Of a stretch of 64,000 bases of DNA, positions 12,284 to 22,704 are shown in pieces. A model generated the notes under the pieces. That model did not search any database and was not told the DNA's origin. It worked only from the letters and a program-made list of their open reading frames with translations. Origin of the DNA: Candidatus Omnitrophota bacterium (GTDB lineage: Bacteria; Omnitrophota; Gorgyraeia; B26-G9). The position numbers were made by a program, and so were the translations under genes. The DNA is taken from contig JBDRJV010000022.1 in assembly GCA_043814605.1 (NCBI GenBank), forward strand, positions 149,305 to 213,304. Direction: 5' to 3'. Position 1 is the stretch's first letter; every line of letters starts with the position of its first letter.

Positions 12284-13858
12284 TTACTTTGCGTATTCGA
12301 CAACTCTCTTTTCCCGGATTACCGTAACCTTAACTTGTCCTGGATATTCAAGTTCGTTTTCAATTTTCTTAGTAATCTCTCTTGCCAGTACCGCAGATTC
12401 TGTATCACCCACTTTATCCGGATGCACAATAACCCTGATCTCCCGTCCGGCCTGAATTGCAAAAGCTTTGTCTACGCCTTTGAATGAATCGGCAATTCCT
12501 TCAAGTTTTTCCAAGCGTTTAATATAAATTTCTAATGTTTCCCGCCGTGCGCCTGGACGCGTTGCACTAATTGCATCTGCCGCCTGCACTAAAACACCAT
12601 AAATTGAATTTGACTCAACCTCATCATGATGCGCAGCAATTGCATTGACTATTTCTTCGGTTTCTCCGTATTTCTTAGCCAAATCCGCACCAATACCCGC
12701 ATGCGTACCTTCTAACTCATGGTCTACAGATTTTCCTAAATCATGTAATAAGCCGATACGTTTTGCTAAAATCGAATTTAGTTTTAGTTCTCCGGCTAAT
12801 AAACCCATAATAAAGGCAACTTCTTTAGAATGTTGTAATACATTTTGCCCATAGCTGGTTCTATATTTTAAACGGCCGAGAAGTTTTACCACTTCCGGGT
12901 GTATTCTTTGTATCCCGACATCAAAAATTACGCGTTCCCCTTCTTCTTTAATACTCTGGGCCATTTCTTTTTTTACTTTTTCGACAACTTCTTCAATCCG
13001 GGCAGGATGAATTCGTCCGTTTGAGATTAACCGTTCCAGTGATAATCGGGCAATTTCCCGGCGAATCGGATCAAATCCGGAAAGAGTTACTGCCTCAGGC
13101 GTATCATCAATAATTACATCAATGCCGGTTGCAACTTCTAATGATTTAATATTTCTTCCTTCCCGGCCAATAATGCGTCCTTTCATATCATCACTCGGTA
13201 AACTCACCACACTAACGGTTGACTCAACGGTATGCTCTGCCGCACACCTTTGAATTGCCAGACTAATTAAATGTTTAGCTTTTTTATCTGCAGTTTCCCT
13301 AGCTTCATCTTCAATTTTTTTAATCATCATATTTGCCTCAAAACGAACTTCATCCTCCATATGCTTAAGTAAAATCTTCTTTGCTTCTTCACTGCTTAAA
13401 CCGGAAACCTTTTGCAACCGTTCTTTTTCTTCTAAGATCAGCCTATTCAATTCATTCGACTTAATCTCATTCTGCTGTTCCTTATCTATAAGAATTTTTG
13501 ACTTATTGCTTAAATCCCGCTCTTTTTTTTCCAGCAAATCAACTTTTCTGTCTAAATTTTCTTCGCGCCCGATTAAACGGCGTTCCAAGGCTAATAATTC
13601 CTGGCGCCTATTTTTCGACTCTTTTTCAAATTCGATTCTTGTTTTATAAAGCAAATCTTTTGCTTCTAAAGCTGCTTCTTTTTTCTTAGCTTGAGAAACA
13701 CGTTCTGCTTCTTCTAAAATCACTTTTGCCTTTTGTTCTGCGCTGTGTATTTTTTTCTTAGCTCTTAAAACACGGAAGGCATATCCCAGAATAAAGGCAA
13801 TAACCCCGCAAGAAACGCCAATCATTATATTTATTGAATTTAAATTTAAAATATTCAT
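12284..13858 (-). CDS. rny: Ribonuclease Y
   Basis: N-terminal TM, coiled coil, KH domain ([12 protein letters not shown]), HD domain (LLHDLGK). Confidence 0.97.
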   Translation of the reverse strand: MNILNLNSINIMIGVSCGVIAFILGYAFRVLRAKKKIHSAEQKAKVILEEAERVSQAKKKEAALEAKDLLYKTRIEFEKESKNRRQELLALERRLIGREENLDRKVDLLEKKERDLSNKSKILIDKEQQNEIKSNELNRLILEEKERLQKVSGLSSEEAKKILLKHMEDEVRFEANMMIKKIEDEARETADKKAKHLISLAIQRCAAEHTVESTVSVVSLPSDDMKGRIIGREGRNIKSLEVATGIDVIIDDTPEAVTLSGFDPIRREIARLSLERLISNGRIHPARIEEVVEKVKKEMAQSIKEEGERVIFDVGIQRIHPEVVKLLGRLKYRTSYGQNVLQHSKEVAFIMGLLAGELKLNSILAKRIGLLHDLGKSVDHELEGTHAGIGADLAKKYGETEEIVNAIAAHHDEVESNSIYGVLVQAADAISATRPGARRETLEIYIKRLEKLEGIADSFKGVDKAFAIQAGREIRVIVHPDKVGDTESAVLAREITKKIENELEYPGQVKVTVIREKRVVEYAK

Positions 13859-13962
13859 CTGACCCTACACCTCCTTAAGTTGTATAACCTAAGCGTAAAT
13901 TAAAGTTATTAAAATTGAACTTGAATTATTCGATAGCAAATGAAAGAAAAAGTGATGATTAA

Positions 13963-14517
13963 TCAGGCAAAGATTAGCTTAGTGAGTGGAACATCATGGG
14001 ATAAGACAGCTAAACGTTTAACGATTTGAAATTTAAACGCCAGCCCAAACATTGTCACATTTCTTTTACTAAATTTCTTTAAGAATCTATCAAAATAGCC
14101 TCCCCCGCGGCCTAGACGATTGCCCTGTCGGTCAAAAGCTATTCCCGGAACAATAATTAAATCAATAGTTTTTAGTAATACCTTTTTCATAAATTGTTTT
14201 TTTGGCTGATAGATTCCATAAGGACCCCGGCTTAATTCTTTATTAAATCCTTTTAACTGGCAGGGGATAATCTTTTTTTCTTTAACCAATGTTACTGGAA
14301 CAACTATCTTTTTTCCCATTTTAAGCGCATCTTTAATCATTGCTGCTGTGTCTACTTCATCTTTTTTTGCTATATAAAACATTATTGTATCTGCTTGTAA
14401 AAACTGAGGTTGTAAAAATAACTGCTTTTTAATTTTTAAACTTCTCTTTTGTCTTAACTCCTCTCTTTGCTTTTTTAATTTCTCGAGTATTTTCAGTCTG
14501 ATTTGCTGTTTTTCCAT
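13963..14517 (-). CDS. ygfA: 5-formyltetrahydrofolate cyclo-ligase
   Basis: IVPGIAFDRQGNRLGRGGGYFDRFL, HDV. Confidence 0.93.
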   Translation of the reverse strand: MEKQQIRLKILEKLKKQREELRQKRSLKIKKQLFLQPQFLQADTIMFYIAKKDEVDTAAMIKDALKMGKKIVVPVTLVKEKKIIPCQLKGFNKELSRGPYGIYQPKKQFMKKVLLKTIDLIIVPGIAFDRQGNRLGRGGGYFDRFLKKFSKRNVTMFGLAFKFQIVKRLAVLSHDVPLTKLIFA

Positions 14518-14536
14518 TAAAATCTTTACCTTTAAA

Positions 14537-14565
14537 ATTGTACCTTAAACCAAAATAAATGTCAA
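14537..14565 (-). promoter_or_regulatory. Putative sigma70 promoter TTGACA-17bp-TACAAT for ygfA-rny-ymdB
   Basis: Near-consensus hexamers with a 17-bp spacer, 20 bp upstream of the ATG. Confidence 0.7.
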
Positions 14566-14576
14566 GAAATGCAAAT

Positions 14577-14988
14577 TTAAGCCTTTCTAGACCCACGAAT
14601 TTGAAATAACCAGCCAATTTTTGTGTATTTTAAGAGAAAACACAGACAAATTGTAAAAATCAGCCAAAATATATTCAACGCTCCCATATTTTGAAAATAA
14701 TTCAGGATTAATTTTATTCCGATAACCCCAAAAATTGCCTTTTTTGTCCAAATTTCCTGTTTTTTAAAATTAATGATCACAAAAAACTGCACAATTCCTA
14801 AACAAATTGTAATAATATGAAAAATAAAAGGAGTTAAAAATGCACTGGAACGAATAAAAATAAAACCCATAACCCCATGATATATTGTCATTCCCGCATT
14901 AAAAAACATACTGCCAAAGATTAAATTCAGATAAAAATCAGATTTTTTTTTTAGGCCAGTGATCTAGTCCGGTTTGAATTTCATTCAT
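14577..14988 (-). pseudogene. Small multi-TM membrane protein, probably frameshifted at an A10 tract (14943-14952)
   Basis: ATG 14988 reads MNEIQTGLDHWPKKKI*. With A9 it joins the 110-aa hydrophobic ORF 14577..14909. Confidence 0.5.
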
Positions 14989-15071
14989 TTTTTAATTTTT
15001 CCTCATTTTAGCTCATGGTTGCTTTGAAAATTATTATAACACAAAAAATTGGAAGAGAAAGTTTTTATTGT

Positions 15072-16880
15072 TTATATTGAAGTATTGATTATTGCGGGAA
15101 GGATTAATCCCTTCGGTGATATTTTATTAAATTTCAGGAGAAAACTCTCATCAACATATAAATCTTTTGTTGTTTGATTAGCCTTTAAAATACTCAGCCA
15201 GCCTTGTGCAAATAGGGAAAGACTCTCCTGCTCTGAAATTCCTTTGTATTTACCTTTTGCATTTAAAACCGCAAAAATAGTGCTTAATTTAGCCTGATTA
15301 AAGTATTTTTTAATAATCAATAAAATATCCTGCCATTTTCTCTCATTCCAACTATCTATTGTTAACTCTGATACAATTTTAGTATTTTTTTCTAATTCGC
15401 TAAGTAAATAGTTTTTATTTATGTTTTTTAAATTATTACGATTTTGATAAAACATATTAAAGGTTTTACGCAATTGGTCTAATAATATTTTTTCAGATTG
15501 CCTTTGCTGAATCATTGCTTTTAAATTTTGGGAGTCCTCTCCCTTGGCATTTAAAAACTTTTTTATTATTGCTGCTAAACTATTTTGATTTTTTAAAATC
15601 GGCTTTAGGCCGAATTGCTGCTGGCTAAAATCCATATTCTCAAACATTGTAAGAATTTCTAAATCCGCTAAAACCTTTGCTTCATCAATATCTTCCTGCG
15701 TTAAAATCTCAGTCAAATAGTCTAAACAAAGATTGGGATAAATATACGCCAGTAAAAAATCATAAATACCGGAGATACGGGCTTTTTTATTCGTAATCAA
15801 AGGGCTATGTTTGGCTTTTTCAACATACTCAATATAAACATCTTTGATTAGTTTTGCCTGAGATGTTTGTTCCTGCTCAAGTACAAGCAAATCATCTTTT
15901 CCTATAATCCAACGCACAGGTATTTCTATTTTACTTAAGCGCTTCCGGTTATCTACTTTTTTTAGTGCTTTCAATCTCAATGTTATTTCCCGTAAAGTTG
16001 TTTGATTAAAATTTTCCATGTAATCAATTATGGCAATTTTAAAATCCGGGTTGATCAGGGCCATAGCCACAAATGTATTAATTACCTGTCTGAGAAAGGT
16101 ATACCGATAACTAAAAATTACAGCTGTATTAATTATTTTCCTGATACTCCCTTTTTTTTCTGAACCTAATAGATCCAATATATTTATAACATGCTCATAA
16201 ACATTTTCAGCATTTTTTTTATTTCTAACTTTTAAAAAACTGCGGAACGGATTTAAAAAAGTTGTGGAAATGAAAACTGCCCCTTTTACAAAATTTTGCA
16301 CGGTGATTTTAATTGTTAATTGCGGCAAATTACTTAGTTCTATACCTCCTTTACTAAATCCAAAAGCAACAATATTTTTTAAATGCAGTTTTTTTGCAAC
16401 TGCCTTTAAATCTCTTATCGAATTATTAATATCCGGATCATCATTATCATCCTGGCTTGGGCCTGATTTTCCATGACCACGCGCATCCATGGTTACAATT
16501 TTTGCCCAATCTTCAAACCAGCTTAAGGTTGTACGCCAAATAGTTGAATTCTGTGAAATACCGTGCAAGAAAAATAAAGTTAACGCACTTTTTTTATTCC
16601 CGCCGTAAATATAATGAATGCGGGTTCCATCTTGTGATATTACATTATCAGATTCTATATCTAAAAACTTATGAATATCTGTTTTCATTTCCTTGGGGGT
16701 TGTTTTACTAATACTGCTTTGGGCTAATCCAATTTTTTCTAAAAAATCATTTACTACATCGATAACAAACTTATCAATAATTTCTTTTTGAAATTTCTGG
16801 GTAAAAGTCAATCTCTGATGTTTTTTTACTAATTTTAATAATGCTCTTACCTGTTTATCTTTTTTTGCCAGTTTTTCCAA
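15072..16880 (-). CDS. Alpha/beta hydrolase-containing protein; C-terminal part of a gene split at an A8 tract
   Basis: FLHG, MDARGHGKS, nucleophile elbow GFSKG, GKDDLLV (Asp), AKHSP (His); ends ...PAIINTSI. Confidence 0.8.
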   Translation of the reverse strand: MEKLAKKDKQVRALLKLVKKHQRLTFTQKFQKEIIDKFVIDVVNDFLEKIGLAQSSISKTTPKEMKTDIHKFLDIESDNVISQDGTRIHYIYGGNKKSALTLFFLHGISQNSTIWRTTLSWFEDWAKIVTMDARGHGKSGPSQDDNDDPDINNSIRDLKAVAKKLHLKNIVAFGFSKGGIELSNLPQLTIKITVQNFVKGAVFISTTFLNPFRSFLKVRNKKNAENVYEHVINILDLLGSEKKGSIRKIINTAVIFSYRYTFLRQVINTFVAMALINPDFKIAIIDYMENFNQTTLREITLRLKALKKVDNRKRLSKIEIPVRWIIGKDDLLVLEQEQTSQAKLIKDVYIEYVEKAKHSPLITNKKARISGIYDFLLAYIYPNLCLDYLTEILTQEDIDEAKVLADLEILTMFENMDFSQQQFGLKPILKNQNSLAAIIKKFLNAKGEDSQNLKAMIQQRQSEKILLDQLRKTFNMFYQNRNNLKNINKNYLLSELEKNTKIVSELTIDSWNERKWQDILLIIKKYFNQAKLSTIFAVLNAKGKYKGISEQESLSLFAQGWLSILKANQTTKDLYVDESFLLKFNKISPKGLILPAIINTSI

Positions 16881-16891
16881 AGTTTTAATAA

Positions 16892-17596
16892 TTATTTTTT
16901 TTGATTTGAATTTAATCTTTGAAAATATAAGAGTGTCCTCCCCATTGATTGAGATTTAGTATGAAAAAACAATATATTTACTGTATAAACATAGCAAAAT
17001 AACTTAAATTCATTATCTATCTTTTTATTGCCAAATAATTGTTCAGACCAGATTACTGTTCCATCCGGCAGAATACGGGGTAAAATCTGATGGATCGGTT
17101 CTTTTACATTATATATATTTATATTTTTTAATAAACGCATACCCGAAAGAGTAATGAATTTTTTCTCGGTAAAATTATTTAAAACAATTTCAAAAGATTT
17201 TTCTCTTTTAATAAATTCTTCTCTTAGCTTAAAAAATAATTGCTCAAAATACTTGCCTTTTTCAATGTTACCTTTCTGAGTTTTATATTTATCCTTTTCT
17301 CCTTTGGAAGATAATTGATATGCAGGTTTTAAATAATGGGCTTTTTCATAAAGCTCAAATAACTCCTGAGGGTTAGCATGAGCGTATTGCTGATTACTAA
17401 AATTAGCAGAAATTGTCTTAAATCCGGATTTAAAGATATTAATGTTTATGGTTATCTGGGGGGATAAAAATGATTTATTTTCTTGCGCATGAATAAAATT
17501 TAAATTAACCGCAAAAACAATATTTTGTGTTAAAAATATTGAACTTAAAATTATTGTAATATAAAAGACAGTTTTTCGATAAATAAGCTTAGACAT
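16892..17596 (-). CDS. Exported protein with signal peptide + LSPQITI tag; N-terminal part of the split gene
   Basis: Ends CAA AAA AAA TAA; one extra A fuses it to 15072..16880 (841 aa in total). Confidence 0.75.
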   Translation of the reverse strand: MSKLIYRKTVFYITIILSSIFLTQNIVFAVNLNFIHAQENKSFLSPQITININIFKSGFKTISANFSNQQYAHANPQELFELYEKAHYLKPAYQLSSKGEKDKYKTQKGNIEKGKYFEQLFFKLREEFIKREKSFEIVLNNFTEKKFITLSGMRLLKNINIYNVKEPIHQILPRILPDGTVIWSEQLFGNKKIDNEFKLFCYVYTVNILFFHTKSQSMGRTLLYFQRLNSNQKK

Positions 17597-17651
17597 ATTT
17601 AGTAGTCAGCATTTAGACTTCTGTGTTTTTAGTAGTTAAAACAGATGTAAA

Positions 17652-17680
17652 AGTATACCATACCACAGAGTTTTATGCAA
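17652..17680 (-). promoter_or_regulatory. Putative sigma70 promoter TTGCAT-17bp-(TGG)TATACT
   Basis: Consensus spacing and extended -10; homologous to 1294..1322. Confidence 0.65.
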
Positions 17681-17768
17681 ACGAAACTAAATTTGTATCT
17701 TCTTTATTTGCAAATAGTTACAAACTAAAATATGTCTTAAAAATAAAAATTTAACAAACGAAAGAAAA

Positions 17769-18368
17769 TTAGGCCAGCATTCCTTTTATCGGCTGGAAAC
17801 TTCTACGGTGGATTGGACAAGGGCCATGCTCAAAAATTGCCTGGGTATGAGCTTTTGTACCATAGCCTTTATGCTGAGCAAACCCGTACTCTGGATATAT
17901 TTTATCAAATTCCCGCATTAAAGAATCCCGCACAACCTTAGCAATAATGGAAGCACAGGCAATAGAAATACTTTTAGCATCACCGTTGATAATGCCACTA
18001 CAAGGATAATTTAAATTCGGAGTGTGTGGGCCATCAATCAATACCCAATCAGGTTTTGGTTCTAGTTGATCGACTGCCTGCTGCATTGCTTTTAAAGTAG
18101 CCTGGAGAATATTTAAGGTATCAATTTCTTTTTCATCAACTATCGAATAAGCAAACTGAGAATTTTCCGTGATTTCCTGGTAGGCTTTTTCTCTCTGTAA
18201 AGAGGTTAATATTTTAGAATCAGCAATTTTTTCTTTAAATAAATAGTTTGGTGTAACGATTACAGCCGCAGCCACAACCGGCCCAGCCAATGGCCCCCGG
18301 CCTGCTTCATCAACACCCGCAATATTTTTTACACCGCGGGCAAAAAGGTCTTTTTCTAACTGCCACAT
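17769..18368 (-). CDS. rnhB: Ribonuclease HII
   Basis: [30 protein letters not shown]. Confidence 0.97.
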   Translation of the reverse strand: MWQLEKDLFARGVKNIAGVDEAGRGPLAGPVVAAAVIVTPNYLFKEKIADSKILTSLQREKAYQEITENSQFAYSIVDEKEIDTLNILQATLKAMQQAVDQLEPKPDWVLIDGPHTPNLNYPCSGIINGDAKSISIACASIIAKVVRDSLMREFDKIYPEYGFAQHKGYGTKAHTQAIFEHGPCPIHRRSFQPIKGMLA

Positions 18369-18388
18369 TTTATGATGACCTTCAGCGT

Positions 18389-18763
18389 TTAAGATTCCAG
18401 TTCCTTTTTTTCGGTAATTTTGGTTGCTTTTTTACCTTTGCGGCCTCTTAAATAATACAATTTTGCCCGGCGCACTTTACCTTTTCTTACTACTTCCACC
18501 TTATCGATTATCGGAGATTGAACCGGGAAAACCCGTTCTACTCCTTCTCCGTAAGAAATACGTCGGACTGTAAATGTTTTGCTTGCGCCAGAACCTTTTT
18601 TATTAATCACAATACCTTCAAATGACTGGATACGCACTTTACCCTCTTCTTCCGGAATTTTTACATATACTTTTACCGTATCTCCGGGACTAAATTCAGC
18701 TATTTTTTTGTTTTCGTTTACTTCTTTTTTCTGTGTATTAGACACTTTCTCTTCCTCCTTCAT
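18389..18763 (-). CDS. rplS: 50S ribosomal protein L19
   Basis: [28 protein letters not shown]. Confidence 0.98.
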   Translation of the reverse strand: MKEEEKVSNTQKKEVNENKKIAEFSPGDTVKVYVKIPEEEGKVRIQSFEGIVINKKGSGASKTFTVRRISYGEGVERVFPVQSPIIDKVEVVRKGKVRRAKLYYLRGRKGKKATKITEKKELES

Positions 18764-18793
18764 GTATGTAAATTATAGGCCTTTAGGCCGTCT

Positions 18794-18988
18794 ACGAATT
18801 AAGTCTCGCCACTGTCCACTTCTCTGAGTTTACTTGGCGGACGAATTAAGTCTCGCCACTGTCCACTTCTCTGAGCTTACTTGGCGGACGAATTAAGTCT
18901 CGCCACTGTCCACTTCTCTGAGCTTACTTGGCGGACGAATTAAGTCTCGCCACTGTCTACTTCTCTGAGTTTACTTGGCGGACGAATT
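18794..18988. repeat. Tandem repeat, 4 x 47 bp plus 7 bp, each unit a hairpin
   Basis: acgaattaagtctcgccactgtccacttctctgag(t/c)ttacttggcgg at 18794, 18841, 18888 and 18935; no spacers. Confidence 0.97.
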
Positions 18989-18997
18989 CATTGTTAA

Positions 18998-19663
18998 TTA
19001 TTCTAAAAGGTCTTTTCTTCTTAATCTGGTTCTTTTCAGGGATTGCTGTTTACGCCACTTTTCTATTTTCTTATGGTCACCGGAAATAATAATTTCCGGA
19101 ACTCTTAAATTTCGGTAAACTTGAGGTCTGGTATACTGCGGGTATTCTAGTAAATTATTTGAGAAAGATTCTTCCGCTAATGAATCTTTCTCACCTAAAA
19201 CCCCCGGAATAAGTCTGGTCACGGAATCTATAATCACCATTGCCGGGATTTCACCGCAAGTTAAAATATAATCCCCAATAGAAATTTCTTCGTCACAAAG
19301 TGTTCTAATCCGCTCATCAAAACCTTCGTAGTGGCCGCAAATTAGCAGTAAATGTTTATATTTTAAAAGTTGTTTTGCTTTTTTCTGATGAAATTTTTGT
19401 CCCTGAGGCGTAAGCAAAACCACATGTGTTTTCTGTTTACAAAGATCATCGCAGGCCTCATATACAGGCTCTGGTTTTATGATCATTCCCGGACCGCCGC
19501 CAAATGGTTTATCATCAACTGTTTTACGTTTATCATGCGTCCAGTGACGCAAATTAAAAATATTGATTTTTACTTTTTTCTTTTCTTGAGCCCTTTTTAA
19601 AATTGACTCTTTTAAAATCCCATTAAACATCTCTGGGAATAATGTTAAAATATCAATTTGCAT
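18998..19663 (-). CDS. trmD: tRNA (guanine37-N1)-methyltransferase
   Basis: VDDKPFGGGPGM, CGHYEGFDER, SIGDYILTCGE, LLEYPQYTRP. Confidence 0.98.
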   Translation of the reverse strand: MQIDILTLFPEMFNGILKESILKRAQEKKKVKINIFNLRHWTHDKRKTVDDKPFGGGPGMIIKPEPVYEACDDLCKQKTHVVLLTPQGQKFHQKKAKQLLKYKHLLLICGHYEGFDERIRTLCDEEISIGDYILTCGEIPAMVIIDSVTRLIPGVLGEKDSLAEESFSNNLLEYPQYTRPQVYRNLRVPEIIISGDHKKIEKWRKQQSLKRTRLRRKDLLE

Positions 19664-19680
19664 AAGCGTATTCTATACTT

Positions 19681-20040
19681 TTAACGGCTTTTTATTCTAA
19701 CTTTTTCTTTTTTAGTTTCTACGGCTTGATCCCTATAGCTTTTATCCAGCTTTTCCAACCGTCTTAAGGCATGTTTGCCTTCTTTTGTTTCGGGAAAATT
19801 CTCCGCAATTTTTTTGTAATAAAAAACTGCTGTTTGCTTATCTTCTGTGTCATCCGCTAAAGCAGCGGCTTCATTCCAGGAATTTAAATAATATTTCTCT
19901 TCACTTGTTAACGCCGGCATTACTTCTGATAACTCTATCTCTTCTTTATCTTTAGATAAAAAATTTTCAAATGTTTTACATCCCGAAACAGATAAATTGA
20001 CCACGAGCAATAAAACAATAATGATTGATTGAAACATCAT
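19681..20040 (-). CDS. Putative lipoprotein with a TPR-like helical hairpin
   Basis: Lipobox-like LSVSG-C; A..YYKKIAENFPET...A TPR-like motif. Confidence 0.7.
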   Translation of the reverse strand: MMFQSIIIVLLLVVNLSVSGCKTFENFLSKDKEEIELSEVMPALTSEEKYYLNSWNEAAALADDTEDKQTAVFYYKKIAENFPETKEGKHALRRLEKLDKSYRDQAVETKKEKVRIKSR

Positions 20041-20303
20041 TAGTTCCCCTTTTTTACTTTTAATGGAATTTTTTTATTTTTAAAAATACTTTTTACAGTT
20101 GCTGACGGCTTTGCTCCCACACTTAGCCAATGCAAAACTCTTTCTTCTTTTATTTCCACTAAAGCCGGTTTTTTTGACGGATCATAAAGCCCAACTTGTT
20201 CGATAAAACGGCCCTCACGAGGTCGATATTGTTCAATAACAACAATTTTATGATGCGGTTTTCTTTTCGAACCCATTCTTGACAAACGAATAACTACTGC
20301 CAC
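20040..20303 (-). CDS. rpsP: 30S ribosomal protein S16
   Basis: IRLSRMG, GRFIEQVGLYDP, WLSVGAKPS; GTG start with GGAGG RBS. Confidence 0.98.
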   Translation of the reverse strand: MAVVIRLSRMGSKRKPHHKIVVIEQYRPREGRFIEQVGLYDPSKKPALVEIKEERVLHWLSVGAKPSATVKSIFKNKKIPLKVKKGN

Positions 20304-20319
20304 TTTCTCACCTCCTTTA

Positions 20320-20504
20320 AATGAGCAGATAATTTACGCTTTGCGTAAATTTTAGGCCTTTAGGCCGTCTGCGAATTTATCCCGAAGCTTACCCTGAGAA
20401 ATGCGTTGCATTTCCAGGACTTAGTCCCTGAAATTGTTCTTACAATTTCTAGGGGTGCGGAAAATTTCAAAGAAATTTTCAAATGTTTAAGCTTTGGGGA
20501 AATA
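20320..20504. repeat. REP-like modular palindromic element (branched hairpins)
   Basis: aatgagcag...ctgcgaatt module, then a tatccc-gaagctta...taagctttgggga stem enclosing three hairpins; 20345-20377 matches 18768-18800 at 31/33. Confidence 0.7.
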
Positions 20505-20552
20505 AACTTATTTCTAAGCTATCTCTTAAATCATTATTTCAAAAATTTTCCC

Positions 20553-21815
20553 TTATTCCTTTACCCTCTTTATTTTTGCCCCTACTTTTTCTAATTTTTC
20601 TTCTATTTTTTCATATCCTCGGTCAAGGTGGTAAATTCTAGAAATTTCAGTTTTTCCCCGTGCTACAAGCCCGGCTAAAACTAAAGCTGCCGATGCTCTT
20701 AAATCTGAAGCCATGACTGGTGCCCCGCTAAGTTTTTTAACTCCCTTAACAATTGCACTAGCTCCTTCTAAAAATATTTCTGCGCCCATTCGATTAAGCT
20801 CACTCACGTGCATAAATCGATCCGGAAAAATTTTTTCAGTTAAAACACTAATCCCGTCACTAATACAGGATAATGCCATCATTTGCGCCTGCATATCCGT
20901 AGCAAATCCCGGATAAGGCAAAGTTGTAATATCTACTGGTTTTAAAGAACTTCTTCTTTTTACAATAATATTATTGTTTTGCTCTTTAATTTTTATGCCA
21001 ACTTGAGCTAACTTATCCACAAGTGCGGATAAATGAGCTAAATTAGCTTTTTTAATGATTAATTCTCCCCCGGTAATTGCGGCTGCCAGAATATGTGTAC
21101 CGGTTTCAATCCGGTCCGGAATAATTGAATAACTAGTCCCATTTAAATGCTTTACTCCTTCTATTTCAATAAGCGGCGTTCCCTGGCCTTTTATTTTAGC
21201 TCCCATTTTCACTAAAAAATCAGCCAGGTCAACTATTTCTGGCTCACAAGCTGCATTTTCAATCAGTGTCTGGCCTCTGGCTAAAACCGCACTCATTAAT
21301 ACATTGGAAGTTGCTAAAACACTGGAACCATACGCTCCGCCTAAAAATACATTAGCACCTCTTAATTTCTTGGCTTCTGCAACAATATACCCATGTTCTA
21401 TTTTTATCTTAGCGCCTAATGTACGTAATCCTTTCAAATGTAAATCAACCGGCCGCTGTCCAATTATACATCCTCCAGGCATAGATACCCGGGCTTGCTT
21501 GTGCCGGGCCAAAAGAGGACCTAAAACACAAATCGAAGCCCGCATTGTACTCACTAATTTATAGTCTGCAATAAACTGTTTGCATTTTTTCGGCTCCACA
21601 ATAACTTTATTGCCATCCATCTGTGTTTTTGCACCTAAGGCACGCAAAATTTTAAGCATTGTCAAGACATCGCGTAAAACCGGCACATTTTTAATCACAC
21701 ATTTTTCTTCTGTCAATAAAGTAGCCGCTAAAATCGGCAGGGCAGCATTTTTTGCCCCGCTGATTTCAATTTCTCCTTTTAAAGGAACTCCTCCTTCAAT
21801 AATAATCTTATCCAT
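20553..21815 (-). CDS. murA: UDP-N-acetylglucosamine 1-carboxyvinyltransferase
   Basis: SGAKNAALP, MRAS, PGGCIIGQRPVDLH, DLRASA, HLDRGYE; probable start ATG 21815. Confidence 0.98.
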   Translation of the reverse strand: MDKIIIEGGVPLKGEIEISGAKNAALPILAATLLTEEKCVIKNVPVLRDVLTMLKILRALGAKTQMDGNKVIVEPKKCKQFIADYKLVSTMRASICVLGPLLARHKQARVSMPGGCIIGQRPVDLHLKGLRTLGAKIKIEHGYIVAEAKKLRGANVFLGGAYGSSVLATSNVLMSAVLARGQTLIENAACEPEIVDLADFLVKMGAKIKGQGTPLIEIEGVKHLNGTSYSIIPDRIETGTHILAAAITGGELIIKKANLAHLSALVDKLAQVGIKIKEQNNNIIVKRRSSLKPVDITTLPYPGFATDMQAQMMALSCISDGISVLTEKIFPDRFMHVSELNRMGAEIFLEGASAIVKGVKKLSGAPVMASDLRASAALVLAGLVARGKTEISRIYHLDRGYEKIEEKLEKVGAKIKRVKE

Positions 21816-22701
21816 TAACCCGCCTCGCAATTACAAAACGAAAAATGCCATTTAAATCTGCAAAAAATTCGGGAGTTTCAAAAAAATTACTGTTAATAAT
21901 CAATTTTTCAATTTGTTCTTTCTGATTATCTCCAAATTCAAAAGCAATAAATCCTCTTTTAGCTAAATAAGCCTTTACTCCGGAGATGATTCTATTATAA
22001 AAATCTATGCCTAAAATACCTCCATCCAGTGCATTCTGCGGTTCAAAACACACCTCTACCGGCGCCTTTTCTAAATCATAAGTTGCAAGATAAGGAGGAT
22101 TAGCAACAATTAAGTCAAACTTATCTTGAGTCTGATTTAGGGGTGATAATGCCCGGAATAAATCTCCCTGGATAAAGGTGATTTTATCCCTAACCCCATG
22201 GATTTGAGCATTTTTACGCGCTAATTCCAATGCTTTAGAATTAATATCTGAACTTGTAATTTTACAATATTGCAGACTTTTTGTCAATGCAACAGAAATA
22301 TTCCCGCTGCCTGTACAAAATTCCAGGATTTTAGCTTTTCCCGGGAATTCTTGTCGAATCAAGCTCACCAGCCTGAGAACCAAAACTTCTGTTTCTGGCC
22401 GCGGGATAAAAACCCCTGCTTCCACTTGAAATTTTAAACCAAAGAAATAAGTCTGGCCAATTATGTACTGTAAAGGAATACCGGTTAAGCGTTGTTTTAA
22501 AAATATCTTAAATTTATTTAAAATTGAATCGGAAATCTCTTGATTTAGATTAAGGTATAATTGCAGGCGGCTGCAATTCAGAAGAAAAGCTAATAAAATT
22601 TCCACTTCGCAACGTGAGGATAAATTATTACTTTTCCTCAATAAATCATCACCAAATTTAATTGCTTCAGATATTGTATTTTTCGGTTCTGTTTTTATCA
22701 T
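21808..22701 (-). CDS. prmC: Release factor glutamine methyltransferase
   Basis: PLQYIIG, FIPRPETE, TGSGNI, NPPY. Confidence 0.96.
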   Translation of the reverse strand: MIKTEPKNTISEAIKFGDDLLRKSNNLSSRCEVEILLAFLLNCSRLQLYLNLNQEISDSILNKFKIFLKQRLTGIPLQYIIGQTYFFGLKFQVEAGVFIPRPETEVLVLRLVSLIRQEFPGKAKILEFCTGSGNISVALTKSLQYCKITSSDINSKALELARKNAQIHGVRDKITFIQGDLFRALSPLNQTQDKFDLIVANPPYLATYDLEKAPVEVCFEPQNALDGGILGIDFYNRIISGVKAYLAKRGFIAFEFGDNQKEQIEKLIINSNFFETPEFFADLNGIFRFVIARRVNG

Positions 22702-22704
22702 TTT

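Noticed and set aside
14518-14576. 6S RNA upstream of ygfA (common zapA-ssrS-ygfA synteny)
   Set aside because: The gap is only ~60 bp and is occupied by a promoter; no zapA
18794-18988. CRISPR array
   Set aside because: Units are contiguous near-identical 47-mers with no unique spacers, and there are no cas genes in the window
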